NCBI GenBank assembly: GCA_051294905.1 | Contig: CM119371.1 | Span: 15,812,001 to 15,876,000 of the forward strand | Length of the DNA stretch: 64,000 nt | Direction: 5' to 3' | DNA from: Botryllus schlosseri | Lineage: Eukaryota | Part shown: positions 24,836 through 38,036 of the stretch, piece by piece | Layout: every line of letters starts with the position of its first letter | Position numbering within the stretch: the stretch's first letter is position 1 | The notes under the pieces: generated by a model | The model's input: the letters and a program-made list of their open reading frames with translations, nothing else | Database searches by the model: none | Told to the model about the DNA's origin: nothing | Translations under genes and position numbers: made by a program

Positions 24836-25654
24836 TGTATATTGAAGTTCTGTACCTCCAAGAAGCTCTACAATTAAACTTGAATACACTTATAGAAACT
24901 TGCTGTTTCTTCAACAGCTCCCATTCATTGCTAAGGTAGACAGATGCAGTGTATAATAGATAATACCGGTATTATTAATGTTGACGTTCCAAAGTCAAAA
25001 TACAGGTATTCATTTATTCATGTATGGTAAAAAGGGAAGGATAAAATTATTTTGGCATTTAGTTTATAGGCCTACTCCTAAATAGGGTTGTAATGATTTG
25101 GGTCGAGTAGAGACAGGTAATAATATTTGAAAAACCAAAATATTTGCCATTCACAATTAGAGTTATTATAATATAATATTATTATTATATTATTATCAAC
25201 ATGAATTATAGTTTATATACCTTCCTGTCACAGTGGAAGACTCAAAACCGCAGTATAGATATTTCATTATTCGGCATTCAAAACCTGCTGTACAAAGCTA
25301 CACATATTCGTTGAAACGGCGTTTCCTTGAATTAGTGATCAAGCAAAACGCAGAGTGCTACAGAATGTAATACCGTACTCAGGAAGTACTTGGGCTACTA
25401 AAACATTTTAATAATGTGCAACTGGCATAATTCTGCTTGTGGCAGCAGCAGAACGGGAACAATGAACTTTCCAGACTGTTATTCCAGATATCACATCATA
25501 AAGGAAAATACTGGACTTGACTCTTAATACCCATCGTGTAATAGAATCCCTCAATTTTTCCAAGCCTTGCTCCAAAGCAAACTGCTATCACAGCCGCTAA
25601 AATAGTTGTAACACAAGAATAGTAGATGTTGCAGGACTATGATTGGATAATTAT

Positions 25655-26222
25655 GTTTTTGCAACTATTGTTTACAGCTTCCGGCAGCTTCCTAACTACT
25701 CAGAAGTTATGTAGCATGGTGTTTTAAGCTCTTTGGAGGATTCATATAATAATGCAACTTTTCTCCATTTTTTCATGCAACTTTTTGTAACTTTTCGATT
25801 TTTCATGAAACTTTTGTCATGCAAGTTTTTCATAAAACTAACTTTTTACTGGAAATATGTGGCACCATATGCAAATAGATCGCTCGATTATTTCAATGTC
25901 GCTTAAATTTGAGATGCTTTCTGATCTCACGTACATTCAGGCTTGACCGTCGAAAATTATATTTTCACCCGTTAATTTTTTTAGGTTATTGATTTTGCTG
26001 AAGTCGCCAACACCGAGTTTTGCTACAGTGCCTTGGATACGGATGTAACGGATCGATTCGAGTATTTCACAACCTAATAATTTCAAGGAGCTTGTTCACA
26101 AATGCAACTTTTTAGTGGGACTTTGTGAAAAATAAATGCAACTTTTTACTGCAACTTTTGTGAAAAAATAAGTGCAACTTTCCCCGGATTTGACTGCAAC
26201 CCTGCAACAAAAACTTTCTCCA
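25655..26222. repeat. GTTGCA-rich interspersed repeat, opposite orientation to 18738-19185
   Basis: tgcaactttt motifs and colinear reverse-complement similarity to 18738-19185. Confidence 0.55.
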
Positions 26223-26516
26223 ATTATGACATATCGAGTACAGTAAGGGGTAACCATATTCATTTAGAATGCATTGACTAGGTTGAAATCAAATCTCACA
26301 ATCAGACCTCATCTTGAGAATAGTGTACGGTATCTGAAAGTTACTAATAACTGGGCATTAGGGTATCTCCAAATATACTTTTCCAAAGTTTAAGGGCTAG
26401 TTGTGGTTAAATTGTTAGGTTGGCTAAGAAAATTCTGCACATTGATTTAGTTCCATTCCAGCCTGTAAAAGCGAAGCTATCAAAGTTACAATACCAGTGT
26501 TTAAGAAAGGCTCCGA

Positions 26517-27995
26517 CTCAGCATGGATTCAGATCAAACCACAACACCAACCATGCAATACTATCAATTGTAACGGACTATTACAAAACCATCAAGCAAA
26601 AAAAAGTGGCTGCAGCATTTTTATCGACCTCCGCAAAGCTTTCGACACAGTTAACCACAGAATCTTAAGATACAAGCTAGAACACTATGGAATCAGGGGT
26701 ATTGCAGCAACTCTACTTGAAAGCTACCTGGCAAATAGCAAACAATTTGTTAAACTGGGGACATTAAGATCAACTACCAGAGATATAACTTGTGGAGTCC
26801 CACAAGGCTCAGTCCTTGGACCGACTTTTTTCCTCATTTATATTAACGACATTGTTAATGCATCTTTATTCCGCACAACCCTATTTGCTGATGATACTCA
26901 CCTCTTCATAACCTCCAACACTGTCAATGATTTGCATGCATCCGTGAATAGGGAACTCCCAAAAGTGTCGAGATGGCTGCAAGCAAACAAACTAAGCTTG
27001 AATGCAGATAAGACCGAGATGCTCCTTTTAAATAATGCCAATCATAGTTTCACTGTGAACATCAATCATAAACAAATCTCCACATGTGACTCAGCAAAAT
27101 ATCTCGGTGTCACTATTGATGCTAAAATGTCTTGGAAGCAGCATATTGAACGCACAATATCAAAACTAGCTCGGTGTGTTGGAATAATGACCCGTCTGCA
27201 ATCTTTGGTTTCCAGATCAATACTACGAACCATATATTTTTCTCTTTTCCACTCTCACCTGCAATATGGAATCGTAGTATGGGGAAGTGCATGCAAAACA
27301 TTTCTGTGCAGAATTCGAACCCTGCAAAACCGTGTGATACGGCTGATCTCATCTGTACCTTTACGTACCAATTTATCGCCTTACTACCGTAAGCATCGAA
27401 TTTTGCGAGTTGATGAACTATATCGCTTCGAAGTATCAAAAGTTGTTCACAAATATTTTTGCAATAGTCTGCCTCCTGTGTTTGATGACTTTTTCATACC
27501 TGCTAAAAATGTCCATTCCCATTACACGAGATCCTCGTCAAAGGGAAATATCTACTTACCCCCACCCAATAGCAACCTAACTAAGAGATCTATCGACTAC
27601 TCGGGACCTATCATTTGGAATGCATTACCAACACATATCCGTGAATTGCCTTATGATAGATTCAAAAAAACCCTACTTGATCACCTCTTATTGTTACACT
27701 AACACTGTTGCCCTACCTCGCCCAGACATTGCTTCATTGATCATTTGCTACCATCGTTTAATTTTTCTTTTATCTTATTTTTTTAACTACTGTAACTTTT
27801 TTTACAGCCAGACTGTTTAGAGTCAAGTGTACCTGTTTGATGCTGGTGTGATCAGACTAGATGACCCTCACGGTCTTATCGATCATTCCTATCTAATACC
27901 GAATACTGTGCATGCATATTTTCTGTACCACCACCACTGCCGTGTGTTATGTATTTTGGTTTGATGAAAAATAAAGACTCTCTCTCTCTCTCTCT
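26517..27995 (+). mobile_element. 5'-truncated non-LTR retrotransposon (CR1/L2/Crack-like), RT domain plus 3' UTR
   Basis: QHGFRSNHNT, FIDLRKAFDTVNH, CGVPQGSVLGP, LFADDT and KYLGVTID motifs; frameshift in the A-run at ~26600; stop at 27702; ends aataaaga(ct)n. Clade assignment is tentative. Confidence 0.92.
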
Positions 27996-28950
27996 TTGAA
28001 TTGAGTTGAGTGATTAATTTTGTTCTATATGCTTGTGCAACACGAACTTAAAGTCAATTTAAATGTATTATATACTCCCACTCAGTCAACTTCATGTTCT
28101 GGGTGGATCTACATAAACACTGCTGCTGGACTTGTGTGTAGTATAGAATTACAGCTTTGCATTATTTTGCGTAAACTTATAGAAATCAAGAGTGCTGGTA
28201 ACTGCATTTTGAAATATATGAATATAGCATGGCATTGAAAAATCATCAAAAGAGGCCCCAGCTTTCTACTGAATGTAAAACTCTGGCACTTCTGGCACTG
28301 CGACAATTTTCCGCAACGATTCTAACGTTCAACTGACTAGCGAGAAAACCTACAGATTACGAAATACAGCATCTTGCTTTTATATTGCCGTGCAACATTG
28401 CTCACCTCATCTACATTACCTGTGCTCTGTGCATGTGCTAGCAGCTACCAGCTAGTACACTTCTCTGTTCATTTACTGCCAATTACAAGAGTGCTGAATG
28501 AAACCATGCGATAGAACGTGGTATTCCTGATACTCCGCCTTGATATATTGCGAGAAACAGAGACTAAAAGTAACGCCAGGTAGGGTTCCGGTTTCTCAAC
28601 GATATCGAATATTTCAATCGAAGCTCGAAGCTGACACAACGAAATACGACAGCGTCGGATCGTCATGACAAAAATCGTTCAGGCGTGTCTAACTGTGTCC
28701 ACTGTCCATCAAGGCGACAACAAACTGGCTCCGTGATTTCCAAAATGACGTGCAAAAAACGATGCTAAACAGAACTGATCAGCGACTCGCACTCAACGTG
28801 AGTGTCCTAGGAAGGTGTCTCATCTTAAGACTACTCCTAGTCGTTTAGTTGTCTTCCTATCATTCATTGTATTGCAGTCTTGCGATGTTTTGAAGTGATG
28901 AAATTTTATGAATAAACCATAGCAATTTACAGCGAAATTTACGTTGTAAA

Positions 28951-31700
28951 TAGGCCTTTTGCAGGACTTCGATCACGTGACTAGATACGCATAGCAACAA
29001 CAAATTGGTTAGCAAGCTACTTTCTCGCGCACCTGCTTCAGTGCTAAATATCGCATAGTGTACTGTTGATTTCTGGTTGTAAACGTTTCGGAAATTTGTT
29101 GTAGAAGTCATCAGAGATTTACCTATGCTAGATGTCAATCCTGTACAAAGCACATAGAATGATATCGTCAGAATTACGCAGAAATCCGTCGTTAACGTAG
29201 CCGTATTTCGGATACAGTATATTATCGTTTTCGGGCTGTAAACGTTCGCAAGTGTCATGGAGATGCGCAAGGATTCAAATATGTTGGATGTCTTTGATTC
29301 ATGAACTATGTAAACTCCTTGCGTCAAAATGATCGACATTGTAGCCGTTATTTGGTAGTCAACTATGATTTTATGACACAAAATTCGACATTGCAGGACA
29401 TTGACTGCGTGATATTTATTGCAGCATTAAGTTAGGTGTGGATAGTAAACTATAGTTGTATTGTAGCGGTAGTTAGTAATCATTGCAGCATTTTGATGAT
29501 TGATATCGATTGCAATATATATAGGATACTGCTATTTTTAAGCCTAAGAGACAATGACTGCCAGTGCCAGTACGTTGATGTGTTATGAATTCATGCAATG
29601 TGCTACATACCATATATATATTAAATATCCTAAGCTATTGTATGACTTCTCAGTTAAACAATTCAAAATATTTAGACCTCTACACCTATATTACAAGTTA
29701 TTGATCATTCTGTCATGCTGCCAAGTGCCACTACCCGAAGGAAAATGATCATCAGCTCCAATTGAGGGTGAAACAAACTGTCCCGGGCCTGGATTACTTG
29801 ATTGATTGCCTGGATTGGATTACTTCACTCTATGGCACAGTGCAAATATCTTGAGTTTCAAGACATATTGCTATACCACATGCATACGGATTAATGATCC
29901 GATGAATTATCCCAAGAGAGCCGAACTAAGAAATTGATGAAGCCCTCGTCAAGAATTCAGCCTGGAGCCAATTATTATCACCACATAAAATTTGGTCATG
30001 CGGTGTAAGGCAGCGTGGTTTCATGCCAACAGAAAATGTCAGCAGATGATCTGACCACTGACTAACTGTCCTGAACTTATTTTCCGATGTTGATGTCTGC
30101 TTTGAAAATGATATTTCATTTGTGTACAGCAAGACAAGCACTCTTCTGTGGATGCTATGAATATGTCTAGACAAGTGGCTATGGGGGTAGAGGAAAATAC
30201 ATAGGCATAACAGTCTCGGCAGTTATTGAACTTGATAAGGTTAACATCCATTTTTCTTCAACTATTTCTTATGCTCTGGGTATCGAATGCACAAAAATTA
30301 ATAAATCGATCTTCTTTGCAAGTTTATTTGTAAATTCCATGAATCAAAGAATATCATAAGTTCAGAATATTACGGAGTCAATGCGAAAGAAACAATGTTA
30401 GTCGTCTTTAGAGGATGTCTCTGAGTTGGTTGAGCCAATACACAGAGGGGGTCAGCAACGAAGTACTATTTTACCTGAGTACTAGCGAGTTTAGGCTACT
30501 TCCAGCACTTCTACTTGACACTTTTTAGGTAGTACTTTTTTGTCAGGTTTGGGATTTTGTCAACTAGAAAGTAGCTTTGGCGCATGATTGCATCCCCTTC
30601 AAGCGTGAGGTTGTCATAACAACTGGGCAAAATGGCCCCAGTACCACGGTAACTAAATTAATTTTTGAAAATTGCACTTATTTGTGGTGTCATCACCCTT
30701 TTGCGTTGATCAAGAAGATGCAACATGCAATGTTTACAGTTGTCACATGGCATCAATTTCTAAAACTAAGTGACCCTCAACCAAATCTACTTCATGTAAC
30801 GAATTTCTTGACCGCTTTTCAGAAATTATTTCTACTTCCACTTGAAGTACTTTGGACATGTCCTGGAAGTAATTAGTGCTACTTGTACTGGATTATAAAT
30901 TAAGGCATTACTTCTACTCGGTTCCCAACAATGACCACGTTGACCACCTCTCGGTATAGGATGACCGATATTGTCACTGCGTTTGAGCTGCTCTAAGAGT
31001 TATATGATAGTTACTTCCCTTAGTTCGCTAAATATCGCACATATGTGACATCAACTATTTATCAAAATCGAGTGTGATTTGCCAAATCCACTTCAATCGC
31101 AGTTGCGAAGTAGTGGTAATAAAATTGGCATTGTATAAGGCAACAATAAAGTGCACTGATTTGCTTAGTCTTGACGGCAGGTTCTCCCAAAAGATACTTC
31201 CGGTGTGTTCTGCGACATTTGTTTTATAGCAGCACGCCAGCAGGCCAGCACCCAAACCAGCAGACAGTATATCCTGATGCTTGCGGGTCCCGGTTGCTTC
31301 AGCCATATCTTCCATCCAAAATCAGGCTCCACAACAGACAAATAGTACTGCTTGAACTAACAAATACTCGTACCAGAATATAAGCCAATCGCTTTACTTC
31401 AAATGCATAAATTTAAGAACATATGATCAGAGTTGAGTACCGTAATACGACTACGTTACCGATGGATTTCTGCGTAATTCTGACGATATCATTCTAAATG
31501 ATTTGTACAGGATTGACATCTAACATAGGTGAATCTCTGATGACTTCTACAACAAATTTCCGAAACGTTTACAACCAGAAATCAACAGTACACAATGCGA
31601 TATTTAGCACTGAAGCAGGTGCGCGAGAAAGTAGCTTGCTAACCAATTTGTTGTTGCTATGCGTATCTAGTCACGTGATCGAAGTCCTGCAAAAGGCCTA
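28951..31700. mobile_element. Unclassified DNA-transposon-like element with ~260-bp TIRs
   Basis: taggccttttgcaggacttcg...cgaagtcctgcaaaaggccta; 28951-29215 is the reverse complement of ~31440-31700; no clear TSD or transposase seen. Contains an AGTAGA-family MITE at ~30443-30952. Confidence 0.75.
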
Positions 31701-32677
31701 TTGCTATGAATAAACTTGAACGTTGTGTACAGATCGATCCTTCGGTTAATAGCAGAGGTGGTCAAAGTAGTCATGAAAGTAGAAGTAGCGACGAAAAAAT
31801 CTGCTCAAGTACGAGTTGAAGTACTTCTTCCATAAGCAACCTAAAACTATACTTGAAGTAGAAGTAGAATTCACTAACTTCAAATCTACTCAAGTAAGTA
31901 AGTAGTTGTGCAAACACCGTAATTCGCTCGTATGGATTGTCAAAAGGTTCAAATTGAGCTATGCGAAAGGTGCCGCGCTTGATTCATATTGATGCATACC
32001 AGGAGACATCCTATTGTCGACAGCATAAGCAATCGTCCGCATCGTGGGATGAAAATTATAATATTGATATGGAAATGCGATACTAAATCCTCTGTTTATT
32101 CGAACAGCACGTTTTAGAAAATATCATGGTATGCCGCACTCCCCCATATCCAGAGGTGGTCAGTAACGAAGTACTTCTACTTTTTCGAAGTACTCAAGTA
32201 GTTTTCCTCTACTTCGGGTACTTACTCAAGTAGATCTGATTTTCGCTACTTCTACTTCTACTTCATAATATTTTGTGATCTACTTACTTACTTTTCGCTA
32301 TTTTCAGTTTGTAAAGTAGAAGTAGTTTAATCCTCCAAACGGGAAGATAGCCTGAGGAGTTTCGGGGCTGTTTTTACGGAGCATCAACATTTAATTTTCA
32401 TAAAATTTGTTTAAAGCCCAGGATTTTCGTCGCGCGCAGTGGGTACGGGGTAATCCCTTTCATATCACTATAGTATCGGTGAATATGATTTAGGTAGCAG
32501 GTTGGCATGGTTCCGTTCACACCGCATTGTCGCCCGTTGCCATGTCGAATATTTCATCACAGTATATAATATTATGGCTCATCATAACGTGTTTTTTGTA
32601 TTATTCATGGTGTTTGTCGACTACTATGGTCATTTATACCAGGTCGATATTATTAATTTTTATTCCATAACTGCAGA

Positions 32678-32856
32678 TTTATAGCACGGCCCACTTCTAG
32701 GCTTTTTGTAAGATACCGCTTACGCGGATGAGGAGGAGCCTAAGAGCCTAGGAGCCATCACTTAGGTATAGGAATTCTGAAGTCGACCTCGGTCGGATTC
32801 GAACCCGCAACCCATTGGTGTTACAGCCGCGGATGATACCACTGCGCAATCTCGCC
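32678..32856 (-). mobile_element. tRNA-derived SINE
   Basis: Minus strand: ggcgagattgcgcAGTGGtatcatccgcggctgtaacaccaatgggttgcgGGTTCGAATCCgacc, followed by a ~100-bp body shared with 4248-4350. Confidence 0.75.
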
Positions 32857-33025
32857 GCTTCATCGTAAGGTCTGAAAGTGATGTTACGCAATCTGGCATT
32901 TACTTATCATATCGTTATCTAGCAGTCCATGGCGTGCCCTAATCTGGAAAAGTGGACTCTTACTTTTTTTTTAGTTTTAGAGCTGTTTTAGCATACCAAC
33001 CTTCGAAACTTTCTGGACTAAAGAC

Positions 33026-35039
33026 CAGGGCTGTGTAGTCGGAGTCGGAGTCGGAGTCGTGAAAACTTCAATTGCTGGAGTCGGAGTCGGAGTCGGAGTC
33101 GGTGGGAAAATACTAACTGGAGTCGGAGTCGGAGTTTGTGAGAATGACCCTTACTTCGACTCCGACTCCGACTCCAACTTCTCCATCATGAAAACATTTG
33201 CTTTCAAAGAATTTTCAATAGAATGTACCACCAATCACTGTTATTAATAACCATACAGATCAGGTGCGGCCAGCCCGTGGCACGCAGGCCAAATTTAGCA
33301 CACGAGAAGGTTAGGTGTGGCCTGCGAGGTAATTCTCGAAATTATTTATGACATCAGGTACAATTGCAAGGCCAACCAAAATTTGATTAGCAAGACCGCG
33401 AAATTTGATGATGACTAAAACAACAGTTTTGACGCATTGACGTATCCAGGGACGAGCCACATTTATCCCAGATCTTCTTATATGACCATAAAGTAGAATA
33501 TTTAATAGCAGATTTATTTGACTTGAAATTTTTCTCGGTACTTCGCATGATTCATTGTCACTAGATTTCTTGCATTCAGTATTTGAGCCCCCTTCTGAAA
33601 ATTACATATAAATACATATTATTCACAGAATTGAGTCTAACTAACTATATTCGCAATCAGGAGATAACGTGTCGTCCAACATGCGACTTCGCTTGTGCAC
33701 TCGCAGCGAGATCGTCGACAAAACATTTGCGCAAAATGATAGAGGCATGTTCACTGACACCGTCGATTTTGCTGTGTCTAAACGTCGAATAATCCTGTCC
33801 TTGCCAAATGAGCCCAATGTATGTTAGCAACATATTTATTGATATAATTCAGTCATTATATTGCAAAAAAATTTCGCGCTTCGCGCGACCAGGGCCTGAT
33901 TGCGCACTGCACAGTTGCATGACATATTGTTATCAATTTTAGAGCGTATTAATATAAGTCTTTGTTTGCAATGTTACCTAATTCGGTTCGCTCCTATCGG
34001 ACGACTGAAAAAAGGTTATCAACATTCCAGTTGCCCACGCAATGGTTCGAAAATCTCATGTGTCCCTTTGGCCGAAAAAGTTGCCCACCCCTGATATAGA
34101 TAACATTAGACATTACTTGCAAATTACAACTCAGTTGCACAGGGGAAGAAAATCGCGATGTGCGTTTTAGCGATGCAGTCAAAATTGATGCAAGTTTTGG
34201 AATTATATCATGATACTGTGACAGAGCAAATGCATCGGCTGGTTTTGTAAAATTGTAAAAATGATGTAAATATGACCAAACGATGCTTCCCACTTGACAA
34301 AATTAAAAATATTTGTAGTGAAGCTTAGCTGTTTGGGTCGAACAAATGATTAAGAAAGACTGCAAGTCTCATTCCTTGAATACTTGATTAAGTACATGTA
34401 GACTAGACATAGGCTATGGTCTTTGACTACTAAACTAAATTCCATTTATCACCAATGTCTATTAGTAGTAAGCGTGGCTGTGCTTGTAATCAGGATAGCG
34501 TGCAATGACAAAATTAGTAAGTTCAATCTCTTTATTAGTTGCTGGACTCATACACAAGAGCTACACTTGTTTTTTTTTTATCTACATTTTTATTATACGG
34601 GATTGGATATCGGTCATATTTGAATGATTCATACATTTCAGGATATTAGAGAGTCCATGTTATAGAAACTTGAAAAAGGAAGGATATTTAGCAAATCTTT
34701 CTTTCATGTTAATTGCATAGTGGATAATTCGAGCTGTTCCACAATGAAACAATTCAGCATGCCACCGTTAATCATATGTTTGCATGTGTTGTTTCTATGA
34801 TAGTCATTCAACCGACAATGTGGCATATAATTTTCGAAGTAAATTGGTGATACTGTTGGAGTCGGAGTCGGAGTCGGGAGTCGGAGTCGGTACGTTTAAA
34901 GACTCTGGAGTCGGAGTCGGAGTCGGAGTCGGTACGTTTTGAGACTCAGGAGTCGGAGTCGGAGTCGGTATATTGAAAATGTGTGGAGTCGGAGTCGGAG
35001 CCGGAGTCGGTGGCAAAATTTACCGACTCCACAGCCCTG
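33026..35039. mobile_element. hAT-type MITE with GGAGTC hexamer arrays
   Basis: TIR cagggctgtg...cacagccctg; perfect 8-bp TSD CTAAAGAC; (ggagtc)n arrays at both ends. Confidence 0.92.
33261..34093. mobile_element. hAT-type element nested in 33026-35039
   Basis: caggtgcggccagcc...gttgcccacccctg; TSD atacagat/atatagat; 5' part similar to the reverse complement of 20300-20462. Confidence 0.78.
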
Positions 35040-36599
35040 CTAAAGACACGAAATGAATGCTCCGCTTTTAGAAGTAGTATTTATATTTCACTTACAATTG
35101 CTAGTATCATATACTTTGAGTACTAATTAATATCAGTTTTTTTTTTGAATAACATACAGGTTGAAGTATAAAAGCAAGTGTGGCAATGCCTTTAATTTTC
35201 GGAAATAAAACTACACATATGGCATTTTTACGATCCACCATATTTTTATTAATGTTTATTTATCGCGTAAAGTGTTTACACCGTATCCTATACAACTTCT
35301 CCGTATTGCTCTTCGTCTAAACTACAGGCCTAATAACATGGGGGAGGGTGTCATACCATGATATTTTCTAAGACGTGATGTTCGGTTAAAAAGAGGAATA
35401 GTATCGCATTTCCATATCAATACTATCGTTTCCATCCCATGATGCGGACGAATGCTTATGTTTTCGAAAATTGGATACCTCCTGGTATGTAATCTATGCA
35501 TCCGTAAGAATGAAGCTCTGCACCTTTCGCATAGCTCAATTTGCACCTTTTGATAATCCATGTAAACGAATTACGATCGTTGTCACAACTACTTACTTAC
35601 TTACTTACTTGAGTAGATTTAAAGTCAGTCAATTCTACTTCTACTTCAAGTAGTTTTAGGTTGCTTATGGAAGAAGTACTTCTAGTTGTACTTAAGTAGA
35701 TTTTTTCTTCGCTACTTCTACTTCTACTTGAGTAGCTTTCTTGACTACTTTGACCACCTCTGCCCATATCATAAGCCCATAGTTTAGTCGACGAGCAATA
35801 TGGAGAAGTTGTAGAGGATATGGTGCACTTTGCGCGATTATTAAACGATATTAAAATATGGTGGATCGCAATAATGCTATATTGTGTAGCTTTATTTCCG
35901 GAAATGAAAGGCATTACTACACTTGCTTTTATACTTCAACATGTTACCCATACAAAAGAACTGATATGAATTAGAACTCAAAGTATGACTGGGAATTGAC
36001 AGTGAAATATAAATATCTACTTCTAAAAGCGGAAAATGTATTTCATGTCTTAAGTCCAGAAAGTTTCAAAAGTGGTAAGCTAAAACAGCTCCAAAACTAA
36101 AAATAAAAGTCAGAGTCCACTTTCCAGATGAGGACACGCCGTGGACTGCTAGATTACGATCTGATATGTAAATGCTAGATTGCGAAATATCAGTTTCAAA
36201 CGTTATATGATGAGCCTTGTATACTGTGATGAAATATTTCATATGGGCGAATGGCGACAATTCGGTGTGAACAGAACCACGCCAACCCGGCCGTTACTTA
36301 AATTATATATCACTGATACGTTCGTGAAATCATACCGCGGTTATTCCGTAGCCAGTGAGCGCAAATAATATCACAAAATATTACGAAGCAGAAGTTGCGA
36401 AAATCAGATCTACTTGAGCCTATAAGTATCAGAAGTAGAATAAAACTACTTGAGTACTTAGAAAAAGTAGAAGTACTTCGGTACTGACCACCTCTGATGA
36501 CTATAGACATTCAAACTTGAGTATTGTTTAGTTGTGGTGCAGAATTCGTCTCCCCGCGAAGACGCAGATTGGTTTAATAACCGGTTAAAGCAGAACATA

Positions 36600-37310
36600 A
36601 ACGATTCGATTTATCGACTAGACTGAATGCATTGTGTCCTATATGGTGTGGACAGTGGACACAAGCAAATCTCACGGCTCAGTGAGATTGGTCTACGTCA
36701 CACTTTCCTTTTGGCTAAATGCAATTTGACTATAGATAACTTATACCTACGTAGGTTAGCTATCTATGATTTGACGGTAATTTTTTACTGTATGGTTGCG
36801 TCACAATAGCAAACTGTTGAGTCAAGTGAGAGTCAAGTGTACCTGTTTGATGCTGGTGCCATCAGACTATATAGATGACCTTCAAGGTCTTATCGATCAT
36901 TCCTATCTAATACCGAATACTGTGCATGTGCAATGTACATGCATATTTCTGTACTATCATCACTGCCGTGTGTTATGTATTTTGGTTGGGTGAAAATAAA
37001 TACTCTCTCTTTCTCTCTCGTTAGAATGCAACATTCGAAGCTGGTCTTGGGGGGCTCCAGGCCAGGACCACGAGCAGAATATAATTTATATTTTCGCAAT
37101 CAGTACCGCGGTAGCTTTAGATTGATACCCGTTTTTATCAAATTTCGCGCTCAGCAAGCCTGTCAAAAATCACCGTCAAATTGCATTTAGACAAATGGAA
37201 AGCGTGACGTAGACCAATTTCACCGAGCCGTGAGATTTGCCTGTTTCCACACCATACATGACACTTTATGGTAAATGTTATTTTTTTCACGGTTGGGCGA
37301 ATCGATAAAT
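36600..37310. mobile_element. Diverged inverted-repeat (MITE-like) element
   Basis: ~36640-36730 is reverse-complement-similar to ~37170-37260; a related fragment lies at ~9920-10005. Ends uncertain. Confidence 0.5.
36813..37019 (+). mobile_element. 3'-UTR-only copy of the LINE at 26517-27995
   Basis: agagtcaagtgtacctgtttgatgctggtg...aaataaata(ct)n, near-identical to 27818-27995. Confidence 0.85.
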
Positions 37311-38036
37311 ATCTTTCTCTCTTGATTAGCGATTTGGTTCGAAAACTGAAGTGGAGACTCGTCATCCGCCAGTCGTCGCCAGCTGGGCAGCTGAGCGCAT
37401 GCGGCTATACAAGTATACCATGGTAGAATGCTTGATAAAAGAAGGGCCTTCAGTGTGAGAAGGTGTGAATTTGTATCCTCAGGTCTGAGACCAGTATTGT
37501 TTGTTCGCTAGATACCATTCTGTGCTGGAATATTGTATAGTTAGTAGTAGAGTGAATCGCAATATTCTGTTATATACTTGCATAGCCTTAATACAAAGTC
37601 TATATACTCGAATAGTGGTATTGTGAGATGAATAGATCGGTATTTTCCACGGTTGGCCCGCTCTGTAAATAAATGAATTGAAATGTAATTTTGACAGCAC
37701 TTTCTGATTGGTAATTCTGCCCTCACGGCTTCACACGTTTTGATGGTGTTGTTGATGATGATGAGACAACCGCTCCATTTCATATGGAGTGGAGATGTAT
37801 CACAGGCGTGTAAATTGGTACTGTTAACGTATGCCGCATATTTAGCATTCGTAGCTTGGTGTATCAAAATATATTTACCGGTATGACATTGTAGGTATAG
37901 CCTAACTGGCACTTCTTCGATGGCAGTCAGACATCGAAAAGTGTTCACCATGATCACCGATGAATGTTTTCCATGAACACGAAAAAAAAATTATAAACGT
38001 CAAAATATATTTTTTTTTGTGCCTTTCGAAAGACGA

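Larger units (their letters stand above)
32151..35762. mobile_element. hAT-type element (AGTAGAAGTA family), inner inverted copy
   Basis: TIR cagaggtggtca...tgaccacctctg; perfect 8-bp TSD CCCATATC (32143-32150, 35763-35770). Confidence 0.88.
31753..36496. mobile_element. hAT-type element (AGTAGAAGTA family), outer copy
   Basis: TIR cagaggtggtca...tgaccacctctg; interrupted at 32151 by an inverted copy of its own family; TSD not recognisable. Confidence 0.75.

Noticed and set aside
28860..29381. 173-aa ORF as a gene
   Set aside because: It overlaps a TIR, starts at a non-ATG codon and has no recognisable motif.
32790..32856. Functional tRNA gene (also 38941-39010 and 3350-3418)
   Set aside because: Stems are imperfect and each head runs into a repeated SINE body.
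37480..37900. Possible host exons flanking the Merlin insertion; also possible minus-strand donor sites near 25220 and 28405
   Set aside because: Only isolated splice-like motifs, with no consistent frame or recognisable homology.
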